Shown: positions 28,723-38,591, counted from the stretch's first letter. The stretch is DNA of 64,000 bases from Thermoanaerobaculia bacterium (GCA_963664405.1 OY761158.1:6560001-6624000), one strand, 5' to 3'. The notes: generated by a model not told the origin, from the sequence alone. Made by a program: numbers and translations.

Positions 28723-29553
28723 ATGCAGTTTCAGCGTTTTCAAGGAAACGAACGCTATATCGTCTCGCAAGAGCTTCAAGATGCCGTCAATGTCGCAATA
28801 GCTCTGGAGAAGCCGCTGCTTGTTCGCGGCGAGCCCGGCACTGGAAAGACCGTCTTGGCGGAGGCGATCGCCGAGTCGTTGGTGATGGAGCTCATCACAT
28901 GGAACATCAAGTCGACAACGGAAGGCCAAGATGGTCTTTATCTCTACGACACCATTGCACGGCTCAACGACGCGCGCTTCGGCGACCGCGACATCACCGA
29001 CGTTCGTCAGTACATCAAGTATGGGCCTCTCGGTCGTAGCTTCGTCTCCGACCAGCGAGTCGTTCTTCTCATCGACGAGATCGACAAGGCCGACATGGAG
29101 TTTCCCAACGATCTTCTTCACGAGATCGATCGGATGACTTTCACGGTTCAAGAGACCGACGAGTACCACGCAGCCAAGCACCGGCCGGTCGTGATCATTA
29201 CTTCCAACGCCGAGAAAGAGCTGCCCGATGCCTTTCTGCGTCGCTGCGTATTCCATTACATCGAGTTCCCCGACAAAGAGTTGATGGAGGAGATCGTTCG
29301 GGTGCATCACCCTGACGTCGAGGAGGAGCTCTTGCGACAGGTGCTCGTTCGATTCTATTGGCTCCGCGACCTCCCGGATCTTCGCAAGCGGCCCTCTACG
29401 AGCGAGCTCATCGACTGGATCTCGGCGCTCCGTAGGGGCGGTATAGCAGCGGACACAATCGAAATGGAGCTCCCCTTCCTGGGCGTTCTGCTCAAGCGGG
29501 AGAGTGACGTCAACTTGACCTCTGCGGCGCAGCGCCGTAGTCGCGTCAATTAA
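28723..29553 (+). CDS. MoxR-family AAA+ ATPase
   Basis: GEPGTGKT, LLIDEIDKAD, ITSN.EKELPDAFLRRC. Confidence 0.92.
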   Translation: MQFQRFQGNERYIVSQELQDAVNVAIALEKPLLVRGEPGTGKTVLAEAIAESLVMELITWNIKSTTEGQDGLYLYDTIARLNDARFGDRDITDVRQYIKYGPLGRSFVSDQRVVLLIDEIDKADMEFPNDLLHEIDRMTFTVQETDEYHAAKHRPVVIITSNAEKELPDAFLRRCVFHYIEFPDKELMEEIVRVHHPDVEEELLRQVLVRFYWLRDLPDLRKRPSTSELIDWISALRRGGIAADTIEMELPFLGVLLKRESDVNLTSAAQRRSRVN

Positions 29554-29563
29554 GGAGTCGTCG

Positions 29564-30796
29564 ATGTTCAGCGGGTTCCTCTACCATCTGCGCGGCTACG
29601 GCTTGAAGATCTCCATGATGGAGTGGCTGAGCTTGATGCGAGGGTTGGCCGAGGGCTTTGCGCGCTCCAATCTGACCGTCTTTTACCATCTCGGTCGGGC
29701 ATTACTGGTCAAGAAAGAAGCCGACTTCGATATCTTCGACCGCGCCTTCGCCTCCTACTTCTCTGACGTATCCTCGACCTTCGACCTCGACGAGGAGTTG
29801 CTGCAGTGGTTGGAGAATCCGAAGCTGCCGAGAGAGCTCACCGATGAAGAGCGCAAGAGTCTCGAGGCGCTCGGCTTCGAGGATCTACTCGAGAAATTCC
29901 GCAAGCGTCTCGACGAGCAGGACGAACGGCACGACGGCGGCAACAAATGGATCGGTACAGGCGGTACTTCTCCCTTCGGCCACGGTGGCGAGCATCCGAC
30001 CGGAATCCGGATTGGCGGAGCTGGCGGCGGACGCAGCGCTGTGCAGGTCGCCCAGTCGCGGCGGTTCCGAAATCTTCGTAACGATCGCGTCCTCGATACG
30101 CGTCAAATCGGAGTTGCGCTACGTAGGCTGAAGAAGCTTGAAAAGGACGAGGGCCCCGAAGAGCTCGATCTCGACAAGACGATCGACGAGAGTGCGCGCA
30201 ACGGCGGCGACATCGAGCTGGTCTTTGGTCCGCCGAGGAAGAACAAGATCAAATTGCTCCTCCTCATGGATGTCGGCGGCTCGATGGACCCGCATACAAA
30301 GCTCTGCGAGCGCCTGTTCAGTGCGGCTCATCGTGCAAGTCACTTCAAGAAGTTCGAGGCCCGCTTTTTCCATAATTGTGTGTACGATAAGCTCTACACT
30401 GACATCAGTCGATGGCGCGGTGAGCAGACCAAAGATCTGATGAAGAAGATGGATGAGAAGTGGTCTGTCGTGTTCGTTGGTGATGCCTGGATGAGCCCTT
30501 ACGAGTTGACCTACAGTGGCGGGGCGATCGACTACTACCACGATAACGTCGAGACCGGCTTGGACTGGCTGAAGCGAATTCGCACTCGCTGCCCGAAGTC
30601 GGTGTGGCTGAATCCGGAGCCGAAGCGGATTTGGAACGCGCCGACGATTCGCCTGATCCGGCAAGTGTTTCCGATGTACCCGCTCACCGTCGACGGTCTC
30701 GGCGATGCTGTCGACGTACTTCGCGGCGCCAAGCCGAACAAGGCTTCGACCGAGCCTCTGCCGGATGAGGCCCGATCCTGGGGGACACTCGGTTGA
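29564..30796 (+). CDS. VWA (CoxE-like) domain protein, MoxR partner
   Basis: GGNKWIGTGGTSPFG, ELDLDKTI, MDVGGSMD MIDAS-like motif, FVGDA, WLNPEP. Confidence 0.88.
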   Translation: MFSGFLYHLRGYGLKISMMEWLSLMRGLAEGFARSNLTVFYHLGRALLVKKEADFDIFDRAFASYFSDVSSTFDLDEELLQWLENPKLPRELTDEERKSLEALGFEDLLEKFRKRLDEQDERHDGGNKWIGTGGTSPFGHGGEHPTGIRIGGAGGGRSAVQVAQSRRFRNLRNDRVLDTRQIGVALRRLKKLEKDEGPEELDLDKTIDESARNGGDIELVFGPPRKNKIKLLLLMDVGGSMDPHTKLCERLFSAAHRASHFKKFEARFFHNCVYDKLYTDISRWRGEQTKDLMKKMDEKWSVVFVGDAWMSPYELTYSGGAIDYYHDNVETGLDWLKRIRTRCPKSVWLNPEPKRIWNAPTIRLIRQVFPMYPLTVDGLGDAVDVLRGAKPNKASTEPLPDEARSWGTLG

Positions 30797-30876
30797 GGGG
30801 AGCTTCGGGGTCGAGCCATCTGGGTCACCGTCGCACTTCAGTCATTGATGACAGGACATTGGGTGTGAGGAAGTTA

Positions 30877-32994
30877 ATGCGCCTGCCACTGTGGATGGCC
30901 GTAGCTGTGTTCGCATTGGTTGGGAGTCCAGCCGCGTCCCTGGCGTTCGAGGATGACAGTCCGACGGAGGAGGATGTCTGGCGGGAGTCGATTGTCGTAT
31001 CCGCCTCGCGAGCCGAGCAGCAGGAAGCGGATGTGGCCGCCAACGTCACCGTGCTCGACGCCGAGGACCTGCAGCGCACCGCCGCTTTGACGGCGGACGA
31101 CGCTCTACGCCAGGTTCCGGGCTTCAGTCTCTTCCGCCGCTCGAGCAGCTTGGTGGCGCACCCGACTTCGCAAGGTGTGTCGCTGCGTGGAATCGGGCCC
31201 AGCGGCGTGAGTCGCACGCTGGTGCTTCTCGATGGCGTGCCGCTGAATGATCCTTTCGGAGGCTGGGTTTACTGGAGTCGCGTGCCGCTGGCGAGTCTGG
31301 AGAGGGTCGAGGTGATGCGGGGAGGAAGTTCGAGCTTATGGGGGAACTTTGCCCTCGGCGGAGTCGTCCAGCTATTCACCGAAAGTCCCACCACCGGCAC
31401 CTTCAGCTTGATGGCGGAGGCTGGGGATCACCAGACAGGTCAGCTCGACGTCAGCGCTGGTGAGAGATGGGAGCGAACTTCCCTCTTTGTCTCAGGCAAC
31501 GTCTTCGACACGGATGGCTTTCACGTCCTGCGAGCCGACCAGAGAGGCTCGATCGATATCCCTGCCTTCTCGGAGCATCTGAACGGCGGCGTTCGTCTCG
31601 GTTTCTATCCCGGCGACTCGATAAGCGTATCTTTACGGGGCGGCTATTTCGAAGAAGATCGCGGCAACGGCACGCCACTGACCGGCAACGACACCGATGC
31701 CGTCTCTTTCAGCGCGGGGGTGGTGGCATCGGGTGGTGGCGGCGCAGAGTGGAATGGCTCCGTCTTCGCTCATGATCAAACCTTCGCCAGCAGGTTCTCC
31801 AGTCAGGCCGCCGATCGCAACAGTGAGAGACCGGCGCTCGATCAGTTCGATGTCGATTCGACCGGGTTCGGACTGGGCTTGCAGTGGCTGCGGTCCTTCG
31901 ACGGTGGCGAAGTAGGTCAGCTGATCACTGCTGGGGCTGAGTTTAGGCGCACCGATGGCACGACTCTGGAGCACTATTTCTTCTCCGGCGACGACTTTCT
32001 GAATCGTCGAGAGGCCGGCGGTGAGCAGAGCTTGAGTGGCCTGTTCCTGCAGGACACCCTCGATTTCGGAGAGAGGCTCCAACTGCAGTTCGGGGCGCGA
32101 GTCGATCGATGGGAGAGCGAAGACGGGTTTCGTCTGCAGACCCGCCGAAGCACCGGCGCGGTGCTGCGAGACGAGAGACCTCCGGATCGAGATGAAACCG
32201 AATTCAGCCCGCGTGTTTCGATGCTCTACAAGCCTCGTGCGGGGGTCGGCCTGCGCGCCTCCGCGTACGAGGCCTTCCGGGCGCCGACCATCAACGAGCT
32301 CTTTCGTCCCTTCCGAGTTGGCAACGACATCACCGAGGCCAATGCCGAGCTCAACCCCGAGGAGTTGCTCGGGCTCGAGCTCGGAGCTGACCTTCGCGGT
32401 CGCCGAGTGCGAGGAAAGTTGACTGCTTTCTGGAATCAGGTCGACGATCCCATCGCCAATGTGACCCTGGCCCTGGGCCCGGGCGTGATCGCTCCTTGCG
32501 GCTTTACCCCCGGCGGCGGCTCTTGCCGTCAGCGGCAGAATCTCGATCGCACTGAGATTGTCGGCTGGGAGGCCGAGTTCGACGTGCGACCGAACCCTCA
32601 TTGGCGTTTCAACGTGAGCTATCTCATGAGCGACGCCGAGATTCGGAGAGCGCCAGGCCATCCCGAGCTCGAGGGTAACCGCCTGGCACAGGTTCCGGAG
32701 AGTCAGGCAGTGGCCGGTCTCGGCTATACGAGCAGCCGCGGATTCGATGTTTCGATTCTCGGGCGTTACCTGGACGAGCAGTTCGAGGACGATCTCAACT
32801 CTCGAGAGCTTGCGGCCGTCACCACTGTCGGTCTGGCGATCTCGAGCCCGGTCGGCGATCGCTGGAATGTATTCCTTCGCTTCGAGAATCTCTTCGACGA
32901 AGAGGTTGAAGTGGGGGAGAGCGCGAGTGGGCTGGTGGCCATCGGGACGCCGTTTCTGGTCCACGGTGGGTTCAGGTTCCGACTCGGTCGGTAG
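30877..32994 (+). CDS. TonB-dependent receptor
   Basis: Signal peptide, ESIVVSASR, LRQVPGFSL, SRTLVLLDGVPLND, ERVEVMRGG.SSLWG..ALGGVV, FRAPTINEL; its TAG stop is the start of the type C repeat arm. Confidence 0.9.
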   Translation: MRLPLWMAVAVFALVGSPAASLAFEDDSPTEEDVWRESIVVSASRAEQQEADVAANVTVLDAEDLQRTAALTADDALRQVPGFSLFRRSSSLVAHPTSQGVSLRGIGPSGVSRTLVLLDGVPLNDPFGGWVYWSRVPLASLERVEVMRGGSSSLWGNFALGGVVQLFTESPTTGTFSLMAEAGDHQTGQLDVSAGERWERTSLFVSGNVFDTDGFHVLRADQRGSIDIPAFSEHLNGGVRLGFYPGDSISVSLRGGYFEEDRGNGTPLTGNDTDAVSFSAGVVASGGGGAEWNGSVFAHDQTFASRFSSQAADRNSERPALDQFDVDSTGFGLGLQWLRSFDGGEVGQLITAGAEFRRTDGTTLEHYFFSGDDFLNRREAGGEQSLSGLFLQDTLDFGERLQLQFGARVDRWESEDGFRLQTRRSTGAVLRDERPPDRDETEFSPRVSMLYKPRAGVGLRASAYEAFRAPTINELFRPFRVGNDITEANAELNPEELLGLELGADLRGRRVRGKLTAFWNQVDDPIANVTLALGPGVIAPCGFTPGGGSCRQRQNLDRTEIVGWEAEFDVRPNPHWRFNVSYLMSDAEIRRAPGHPELEGNRLAQVPESQAVAGLGYTSSRGFDVSILGRYLDEQFEDDLNSRELAAVTTVGLAISSPVGDRWNVFLRFENLFDEEVEVGESASGLVAIGTPFLVHGGFRFRLGR

Positions 32995-33156
32995 TGTCCT
33001 GTACCAGTAGTTCGTCACATAACTCGCTGGCCCTTTTGCGTCCTGCCGTCGTTGCACCTCCTCGAAATATTCCCAATATGACTTCGTCGGCCCGCCTTGG
33101 CAGCCCACAAAATGACTGCGCGATTCATGCAACGAACCACTGATACAGGACACTAG
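32991..33156 (+). repeat. Palindromic element with the same core but arm type C (166 bp)
   Basis: Arms TAGTGTCCTGTACCAGTAGTTCGT / ACGAACCACTGATACAGGACACTA (22/24 complementary); core CCCTTTTGCGTCCTGCCGTCGTTG...CTCCTCGAAATATTCCCAATATG...CGCCTTGGCAGCCCACAAAATGAC. Confidence 0.85.
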
Positions 33157-33157
33157 C

Positions 33158-34549
33158 GTGAAGAGGGCGACCCTAGGGGCACTCGGCGCTGCCGGGCTGC
33201 TGCTTGCCCTCCCAGTTCCCTCGTCGGCCCAAGACTCGGATGGGTCGACGCTGGGTGACGAGGCGGTCGAGATTCTGCAGAATTATCTCCGGGTGGATAC
33301 CATCAACCCGCCGGGTAACGAGATGCGTGCGGTCGAGTTCTTCGCCGCTCTTCTCGAGCGTGAAGGAATCGCCTACGAAAGCGCGGAGTCGGAGCCTGGC
33401 CGAGGCAATATCTGGGCCCGTATCGCGGGCGGCGATGAGCCAGGGCTGGTGCTTCTCCACCACTCCGACGTGGTGCCTGCGGATGAGGAGCACTGGTCGC
33501 TGGACCCGCTCTCAGGAGAGATCGTCGACGGGTTCCTTCACGGCCGAGGCGCCCTGGACACCAAGAGTCTGGGGGTCCAACACTTTCTCGCCTTTGTCGC
33601 ACTCCATCGAGCCGGAGTGAAGCCGCGTCGAGATGTCATCTTCATGGCCACGGCCGACGAGGAGGCTGGAGGCTTCGCAGGGGCTGGATGGATGGTCGAG
33701 AACAGACCTGAGGTCTTTCGCGATGTCGGCTTCCTGCTCAATGAAGGGGGCCGAGGCTTGGTTCAGGACGGAGGTGTCTCGTTCAGTGTGGAGATCACGC
33801 AGAAGGTTCCTCTTTGGCTCGAGTTGACCGCGGAGGGTCAGGCGGGGCACGGCTCGATACCCCCCGTCGAGTCGGCCGTAAATCGACTGGTGCGAGCGCT
33901 GGGTCGGCTGCAGACGGCCAAGTTCGAGCCTCGCGTCGTTCCGGCAGTAGATACCTTTTTCAGGGCGATGGCTCCCCAGGCCGGGGAGGAGTGGCGCCCT
34001 CATTACGAGAATATTGCCGAGGCCGTCGCGGATCCAGATATTCTTCTCCGCCTCCAGCTCGAGAACCGATACCTCGCTGCCATTGTGAGAAACACCTGCT
34101 CCCTGACCATGCTGACGGGTAGCACCAAGATCAACGTAGTGCCGCCAACGGCCTCAGCTCAGCTGGATTGCCGACTCTTGCCTGACCAGGACCTCGATTC
34201 CTTCGTCGAAGAGCTCACGGCTATTCTCAACGAGCCGGCGATCTCGATCCGGCGGATCATGGGTTTTACGCCGGCAGTGTCGAGTACTGATACCGAGCTC
34301 TACCGAGAGATCGAGACTTTAGTCGGGCGGCATTTCCCTGGCGCTCCGGTGATCCCCACGGTCGCCGCGGGCTTTACCGACAGCCACTTCTTTCGCGATC
34401 TCGGAATCACGAGCTACGGCTTCGGTACCCTGGTTCTAAGCTCTGAGGAGTCCAGCGGGGTGCACGGTAACGACGAGCGGGTGCCCGTCGAGCAGCTGAG
34501 GAGGGGCACCCTGCTGATGGCTGAGCTCGTTCTTCGCTTCGTCGAGTAG
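33158..34549 (+). CDS. M20/M25/M40 family metallopeptidase/amidohydrolase, exported
   Basis: HSDVVPA, GRGALDTK, ADEEAGG, GHGS, GFTDSHFFR, HGNDER; signal peptide. Confidence 0.9.
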   Translation: MKRATLGALGAAGLLLALPVPSSAQDSDGSTLGDEAVEILQNYLRVDTINPPGNEMRAVEFFAALLEREGIAYESAESEPGRGNIWARIAGGDEPGLVLLHHSDVVPADEEHWSLDPLSGEIVDGFLHGRGALDTKSLGVQHFLAFVALHRAGVKPRRDVIFMATADEEAGGFAGAGWMVENRPEVFRDVGFLLNEGGRGLVQDGGVSFSVEITQKVPLWLELTAEGQAGHGSIPPVESAVNRLVRALGRLQTAKFEPRVVPAVDTFFRAMAPQAGEEWRPHYENIAEAVADPDILLRLQLENRYLAAIVRNTCSLTMLTGSTKINVVPPTASAQLDCRLLPDQDLDSFVEELTAILNEPAISIRRIMGFTPAVSSTDTELYREIETLVGRHFPGAPVIPTVAAGFTDSHFFRDLGITSYGFGTLVLSSEESSGVHGNDERVPVEQLRRGTLLMAELVLRFVE

Positions 34550-34572
34550 CTCTCTCGTTGGAGCTGGTTGGC

Positions 34573-35334
34573 CTAATCGTGTCGCCGGAGAAGATAGTAG
34601 AGGTTGAGGCGATTCTCGCGGCCATCCCCGGAGAAGACCTCGAGCACTGAATAGGGAAGGCCGACGATGAGCCGCTCAGCCTCCGCGGGGTCGACGTGAT
34701 GACAGTAGCGAGCTGGAAGGGAGGTAGAGCTCTCTTCGCCCCAAGGCAGTAGGAAGTCCCCCTTCTCGAGATCTTTGGGGTCTATCGGCCCGCTGAGGAG
34801 GGTGTCCGCCTTAGACCAGGGCAGAGCGCGTCGCTGGAAGCGGGCTTCGGCTCCAAATTGCCAGTGGGACAGGGCCAGCAATCCGCCTGGAACGAGGCAA
34901 CGAGTGACCTCGTCGATGAGCTCTCGGCGGCGTGAGAAGGAGGGTATGTGATGCAGGAAACCGAGAGCGACCGCTAGATCTACGCTCGCAGATGAGAGAG
35001 GGATCGACGAATCCGGCAGACTGAGATCGACTGCCAGAAAATCTCCGGGAGCCCGGCGGGCCGCCTCGCTGAGGAGGGGGAGGCTTTGGTCGAGCCCGAT
35101 ATAGGAGTGCGGAGGGCTCAGGGTGGTGCCTGCGAGGCGGCCGAATCGGCCGTTGCCGCAGCCGAGGTCTAGAATACGCACCGGAAGCAGCCTGTGCCGA
35201 TGAGAACTGACAAGCTCGAGGAGCCGAGCCCACCCCCTCCAGGCCCCTTTGCGGGTGGAGGAGAAGGCTGCGGCATGAGATCTATAGAAGTGTTGGTTGA
35301 TACGGTTCAGTGCCGCGATCGTTCGCCGGTGCAT
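34573..35334 (-). CDS. Class I SAM methyltransferase, Trm9/ALKBH8-like (candidate tRNA cm5U34 methyltransferase)
   Basis: FY..HAAAFSSTR..W, ILDLGCGNGRF, FLHHIP...RR..L......LVPGG.L..SHW, DFLLPW, RYCHH; likely ATG at 35334. Confidence 0.75.
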   Translation of the reverse strand: MHRRTIAALNRINQHFYRSHAAAFSSTRKGAWRGWARLLELVSSHRHRLLPVRILDLGCGNGRFGRLAGTTLSPPHSYIGLDQSLPLLSEAARRAPGDFLAVDLSLPDSSIPLSSASVDLAVALGFLHHIPSFSRRRELIDEVTRCLVPGGLLALSHWQFGAEARFQRRALPWSKADTLLSGPIDPKDLEKGDFLLPWGEESSTSLPARYCHHVDPAEAERLIVGLPYSVLEVFSGDGRENRLNLYYLLRRHD

Positions 35335-35376
35335 CGCCGTTGCTCCAAACCAGGCCTTTGCCGGCCCCGAGGCTAA

Positions 35377-37149
35377 GTGCGCGAGCGCAGCTACTCTTTT
35401 TCTCCCGCTCGCTACCAGGCGGAGCTTAGCGCGATCATCCAGGAGTGCATGGCGGTTGGCGCGCTCGACGACGCGGCGCTGCAGCGCATCCTCCGGAAGT
35501 ACCCCAAGGACGGCCGGGGTTTCTTCTCCAAGAGCGAGATCATTCGCGGCTATCGTCATTTACAGAGCTCTGGCGGCGCGATCGATTTGGGCGAGGAGAG
35601 CGAGTTTGTCCGGCGGATGCGGATGAAGCCGGTGCGCACCGCCAGCGGCGTGGCGCCGGTCACGGTTCTCACTCAGCCTTTTCCGTGCCCCGGAGAGTGT
35701 GTCTTCTGTCCCAGCGACGTGCGGATGCCGAAGAGCTATCTGTCTAGCGAGCCCGGGGCTCAGCGCGCCGCACAACATCGCTTCGACCCCTATGCGCAAA
35801 CGGCTTCGCGGCTCACCACTCTTTACAATATCGGGCATTCGGTCGACAAAGTAGAGCTCATCGTTTTGGGCGGGACTTGGTCTTCTTACCCCCAGGGGTA
35901 TCGGGTTTGGTTCATCAAGCGCTGTTTTGATGCGCTCAACGACTTCGACTCCGTCCCGACCTCGCCAACCCCGCGGCTCAAGAGTGCTTTTGCCTTCGAA
36001 GGAGTAGAGGATCGAGTCGACGGCGCTGATCTCGTAGAGCGATACAACGAAGTCGTTCAGCGGGTATTTCGTGAGGATCCGGCCGCTCGCCCGGTGGGGC
36101 GGGCGGCATGGCTCGAGCTGAGCGCCGCGCAGCTACGCAACGAGACGAGCCCTGTGCGCTGTGTCGGGCTCTCTCTCGAGACCCGCCCGGATCACCTCAC
36201 TCGGGAGGAGGTCCTGGAAATGCGGCGCTTGGGAGCGACCAAGGTTCAGCTCGGTTACCAGAGTCTCGACGACGAGGTTCTGCGTCGGAATAGGCGGGGT
36301 CACGATGTCGCTGCGACTCGGAAGGCGATGACGGTGCTGAGGTCTGCCGGGTTCAAGATCCACGCCCACTGGATGCCCAACCTCCTCGGGTCCTCGCCCG
36401 ATCGGGATGTTGAAGACTTCGAGCGAATCTTCAGCGACGAGGCGCTGCGGCCGGATGAGCTCAAGATCTATCCCTGTAGCTTGGTGGAGAGCGCCGAGCT
36501 CATGAGCCACTATAGGGACGGGTCGTGGCGGCCCTACACAAAAGAAGAATTGGGCTGGGTCTTGGAAGAGTGCATGCTCCGCACACCACCCTGGTGTCGA
36601 TTGACGCGGGTGATTCGAGACATTCCGTCGACGGAGATCGTAACCGGGAACAAGCTGACCAATTTTCGTGAGATCGCGCAGGCTGGGCTACGCCGGCGCG
36701 GAGAGCGGGTTCGCGATATCCGGAGCAGGGAAGTGGGTGGGGACGAAGTGCGTCGCGAGGATCTACACCTCGAGGCGTTGGAGTATCGAAGCTCCGAGGG
36801 TCGAGAGATTTTTCTCCAGTATGTTGATCAGAGCGATCGTCTCGCGGCCTTTTTGCGGCTCTCGCTTCCGGAGCAGCGGCCGAGCATCGACGAGCTGCGA
36901 CAGAGCGCGATGATTCGCGAGGTGCACGTATACGGCACGCTGGTCGCTCTCGGCGAGCGATCGTCGGGGGCGGCGCAGCATCTTGGCCTGGGTCGGAGCT
37001 TGATCGAAGAGGGCTGTAGGCGCGGGGTCGAAGCGGGATTCGCCGACCTTGCGGTCATCTCTTCAGTCGGCACCCGGAACTACTATCGAGGACTGGGGTT
37101 CTTGGACGGCGAGCTCTATCAACATCGCGAACTGAGCTCGTCGGGATGA
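35377..37149 (+). CDS. elp3: Elp3-family tRNA U34 carboxymethylation radical SAM/GNAT enzyme
   Basis: RTASGVAPV, CPGECVFCP, MPKSY..EPGA.RA, KVELIVLGGT, ETRPD, HWMPNL, PDELKIYP, RVIRDIP, IRSREVG, FLRL, IREVHVYG, QHLGLG, VISSVGTRNYYR.LGF. Confidence 0.92.
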   Translation: MRERSYSFSPARYQAELSAIIQECMAVGALDDAALQRILRKYPKDGRGFFSKSEIIRGYRHLQSSGGAIDLGEESEFVRRMRMKPVRTASGVAPVTVLTQPFPCPGECVFCPSDVRMPKSYLSSEPGAQRAAQHRFDPYAQTASRLTTLYNIGHSVDKVELIVLGGTWSSYPQGYRVWFIKRCFDALNDFDSVPTSPTPRLKSAFAFEGVEDRVDGADLVERYNEVVQRVFREDPAARPVGRAAWLELSAAQLRNETSPVRCVGLSLETRPDHLTREEVLEMRRLGATKVQLGYQSLDDEVLRRNRRGHDVAATRKAMTVLRSAGFKIHAHWMPNLLGSSPDRDVEDFERIFSDEALRPDELKIYPCSLVESAELMSHYRDGSWRPYTKEELGWVLEECMLRTPPWCRLTRVIRDIPSTEIVTGNKLTNFREIAQAGLRRRGERVRDIRSREVGGDEVRREDLHLEALEYRSSEGREIFLQYVDQSDRLAAFLRLSLPEQRPSIDELRQSAMIREVHVYGTLVALGERSSGAAQHLGLGRSLIEEGCRRGVEAGFADLAVISSVGTRNYYRGLGFLDGELYQHRELSSSG

Positions 37150-38591
37150 GCTCGCTCGGCGCGTTGTACCGCCCCTCAGCGGCGTTGGTTACTGACCTCT
37201 ACCAGTTGACCATGGCCTACGGTTATTGGCGTCATGGCATGGCGGAAAAGGAGGGCGTGTTTCACCTCTCCTTTCGTAGCAATCCCTTTGGAGGCGGCTA
37301 TACGGTGGCGGCGGGCCAGGGCCTCGTTGCAGGGCTGCTCGAGGACTTTCGTTTCGACCCGGAGGATCTGGCCTACCTGGCAACGCTCTCGGGTTCCGAT
37401 GGCGAGCTGCTCTTCCCTGGGCCGTTCTTGGCGCTGCTCAGGGACCTGGAGCTCGAGTGTGAGGTGCTCGCCGTGGAGGAGGGGCGGACTGTCTTCCCGG
37501 GCGAGCCCCTGCTCAGGGTTCAGGGTCCTCTCCTTCAGGGGCAGCTTCTGGAGACTCTTCTCCTCAATGTCGTTTCCTTCCAGTCGCTGATCGCGACCAA
37601 GGCGTCGCGAATCTGCTCTGCGGCCGGAGAGGACCCGGTCCTGGAGTTCGGCCTGCGACGAGCCCAGGGCACCGGCGGGGCCGTCGAAGGGGCACGAGCC
37701 GCGTACATCGGTGGTTGTGCCGCGACTTCGAATCTGGCGGCCGGTAGGCTGTGGGGCATCCCTGTTAGCGGGACCCACGCTCACAGCTGGGTCCTTGCAT
37801 TCGAAGACGAGGAAGCGGCGCTACAGGCGTATTCAGAGGCTCTTCCCGGGAATGCGACCCTCTTGGTCGATACCTACGACACCAAGCAGGGGGTGGAGAT
37901 TGCGGTGAGAGTCGCCTCCTCGCTTCGTCGGGCCGGGCACGAGCTCAACGGCGTACGTCTCGACTCCGGGGACCTGGTCGCGCTGAGCCGCTACGCGCGG
38001 GATGTTCTCGACCGCGAGGGGTTCGCGGAGGCGCGAGTGGTCGCGAGCGGCGACCTCGACGAGCACGAGATCGTCCGGTTGAAGGAGGCTGGAGCCTCTA
38101 TCGACATCTGGGGGGTCGGTACCCGTCTAGCGACCGCCTGGGGTCAGCCTGCGATGGAGGCTGTCTATAAGCTGTTGGCAGTTCGGGGCGGCGACGGAGA
38201 ATGGAGTTACCGGGCGAAGCGCTCGGAGGAAGCGGCGAAGTCTTCGACTCCGGGGATCTTGCAAACTGCACGTTTTCGTAAGGACGGACGAATGGTGGCG
38301 GATGTCGTCCTCAACGAGGAAGACGGCGTCGAGGTCACGACGACGAGTGTTGTCTGGCCACAGCGGTCTCGGCTCGAGTTGTCGGAGGAGCGACCAGAGC
38401 TGATGCTGAAGCCGCTTTTCGGCGAGGGGCGTCCGAGCATAGAGAGCCCGGACCTCGAGGAGCTTCGAGGGCGAGTGCGCGAGGAGATAGGCGCCCTACC
38501 TGAAGAGGTTCGCGGGCTGCGCCCGGAGGCCCGGTATCCTGTCGGGGTCACTGAGAGCCTGCACCGGCTGCGACAGCGGCTATTGGACTAG
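37146..38591 (+). CDS. pncB: Nicotinate phosphoribosyltransferase
   Basis: TDLYQLTM, EFGLRRAQG, GTHAHSWV, LLVDTYD, VRLDSGDL, GVGTRL, VYKL; ATGA overlap with elp3; TAG stop inside the repeat's CTAG. Confidence 0.93.
   Translation: MSSLGALYRPSAALVTDLYQLTMAYGYWRHGMAEKEGVFHLSFRSNPFGGGYTVAAGQGLVAGLLEDFRFDPEDLAYLATLSGSDGELLFPGPFLALLRDLELECEVLAVEEGRTVFPGEPLLRVQGPLLQGQLLETLLLNVVSFQSLIATKASRICSAAGEDPVLEFGLRRAQGTGGAVEGARAAYIGGCAATSNLAAGRLWGIPVSGTHAHSWVLAFEDEEAALQAYSEALPGNATLLVDTYDTKQGVEIAVRVASSLRRAGHELNGVRLDSGDLVALSRYARDVLDREGFAEARVVASGDLDEHEIVRLKEAGASIDIWGVGTRLATAWGQPAMEAVYKLLAVRGGDGEWSYRAKRSEEAAKSSTPGILQTARFRKDGRMVADVVLNEEDGVEVTTTSVVWPQRSRLELSEERPELMLKPLFGEGRPSIESPDLEELRGRVREEIGALPEEVRGLRPEARYPVGVTESLHRLRQRLLD

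Noticed and set aside
28723-30796. MoxR/VWA as CoxD/CoxE maturases of the molybdoenzyme at 9688-11952
   Set aside because: 17 kb apart with no other cox genes, and this pair is widespread on its own
31633-33153. Long antisense and alternative-frame ORFs (e.g. 31633-33153, 6676-7626, 48763-49806)
   Set aside because: Shadow ORFs of well-supported genes, expected in high-GC DNA, with no recognisable motifs
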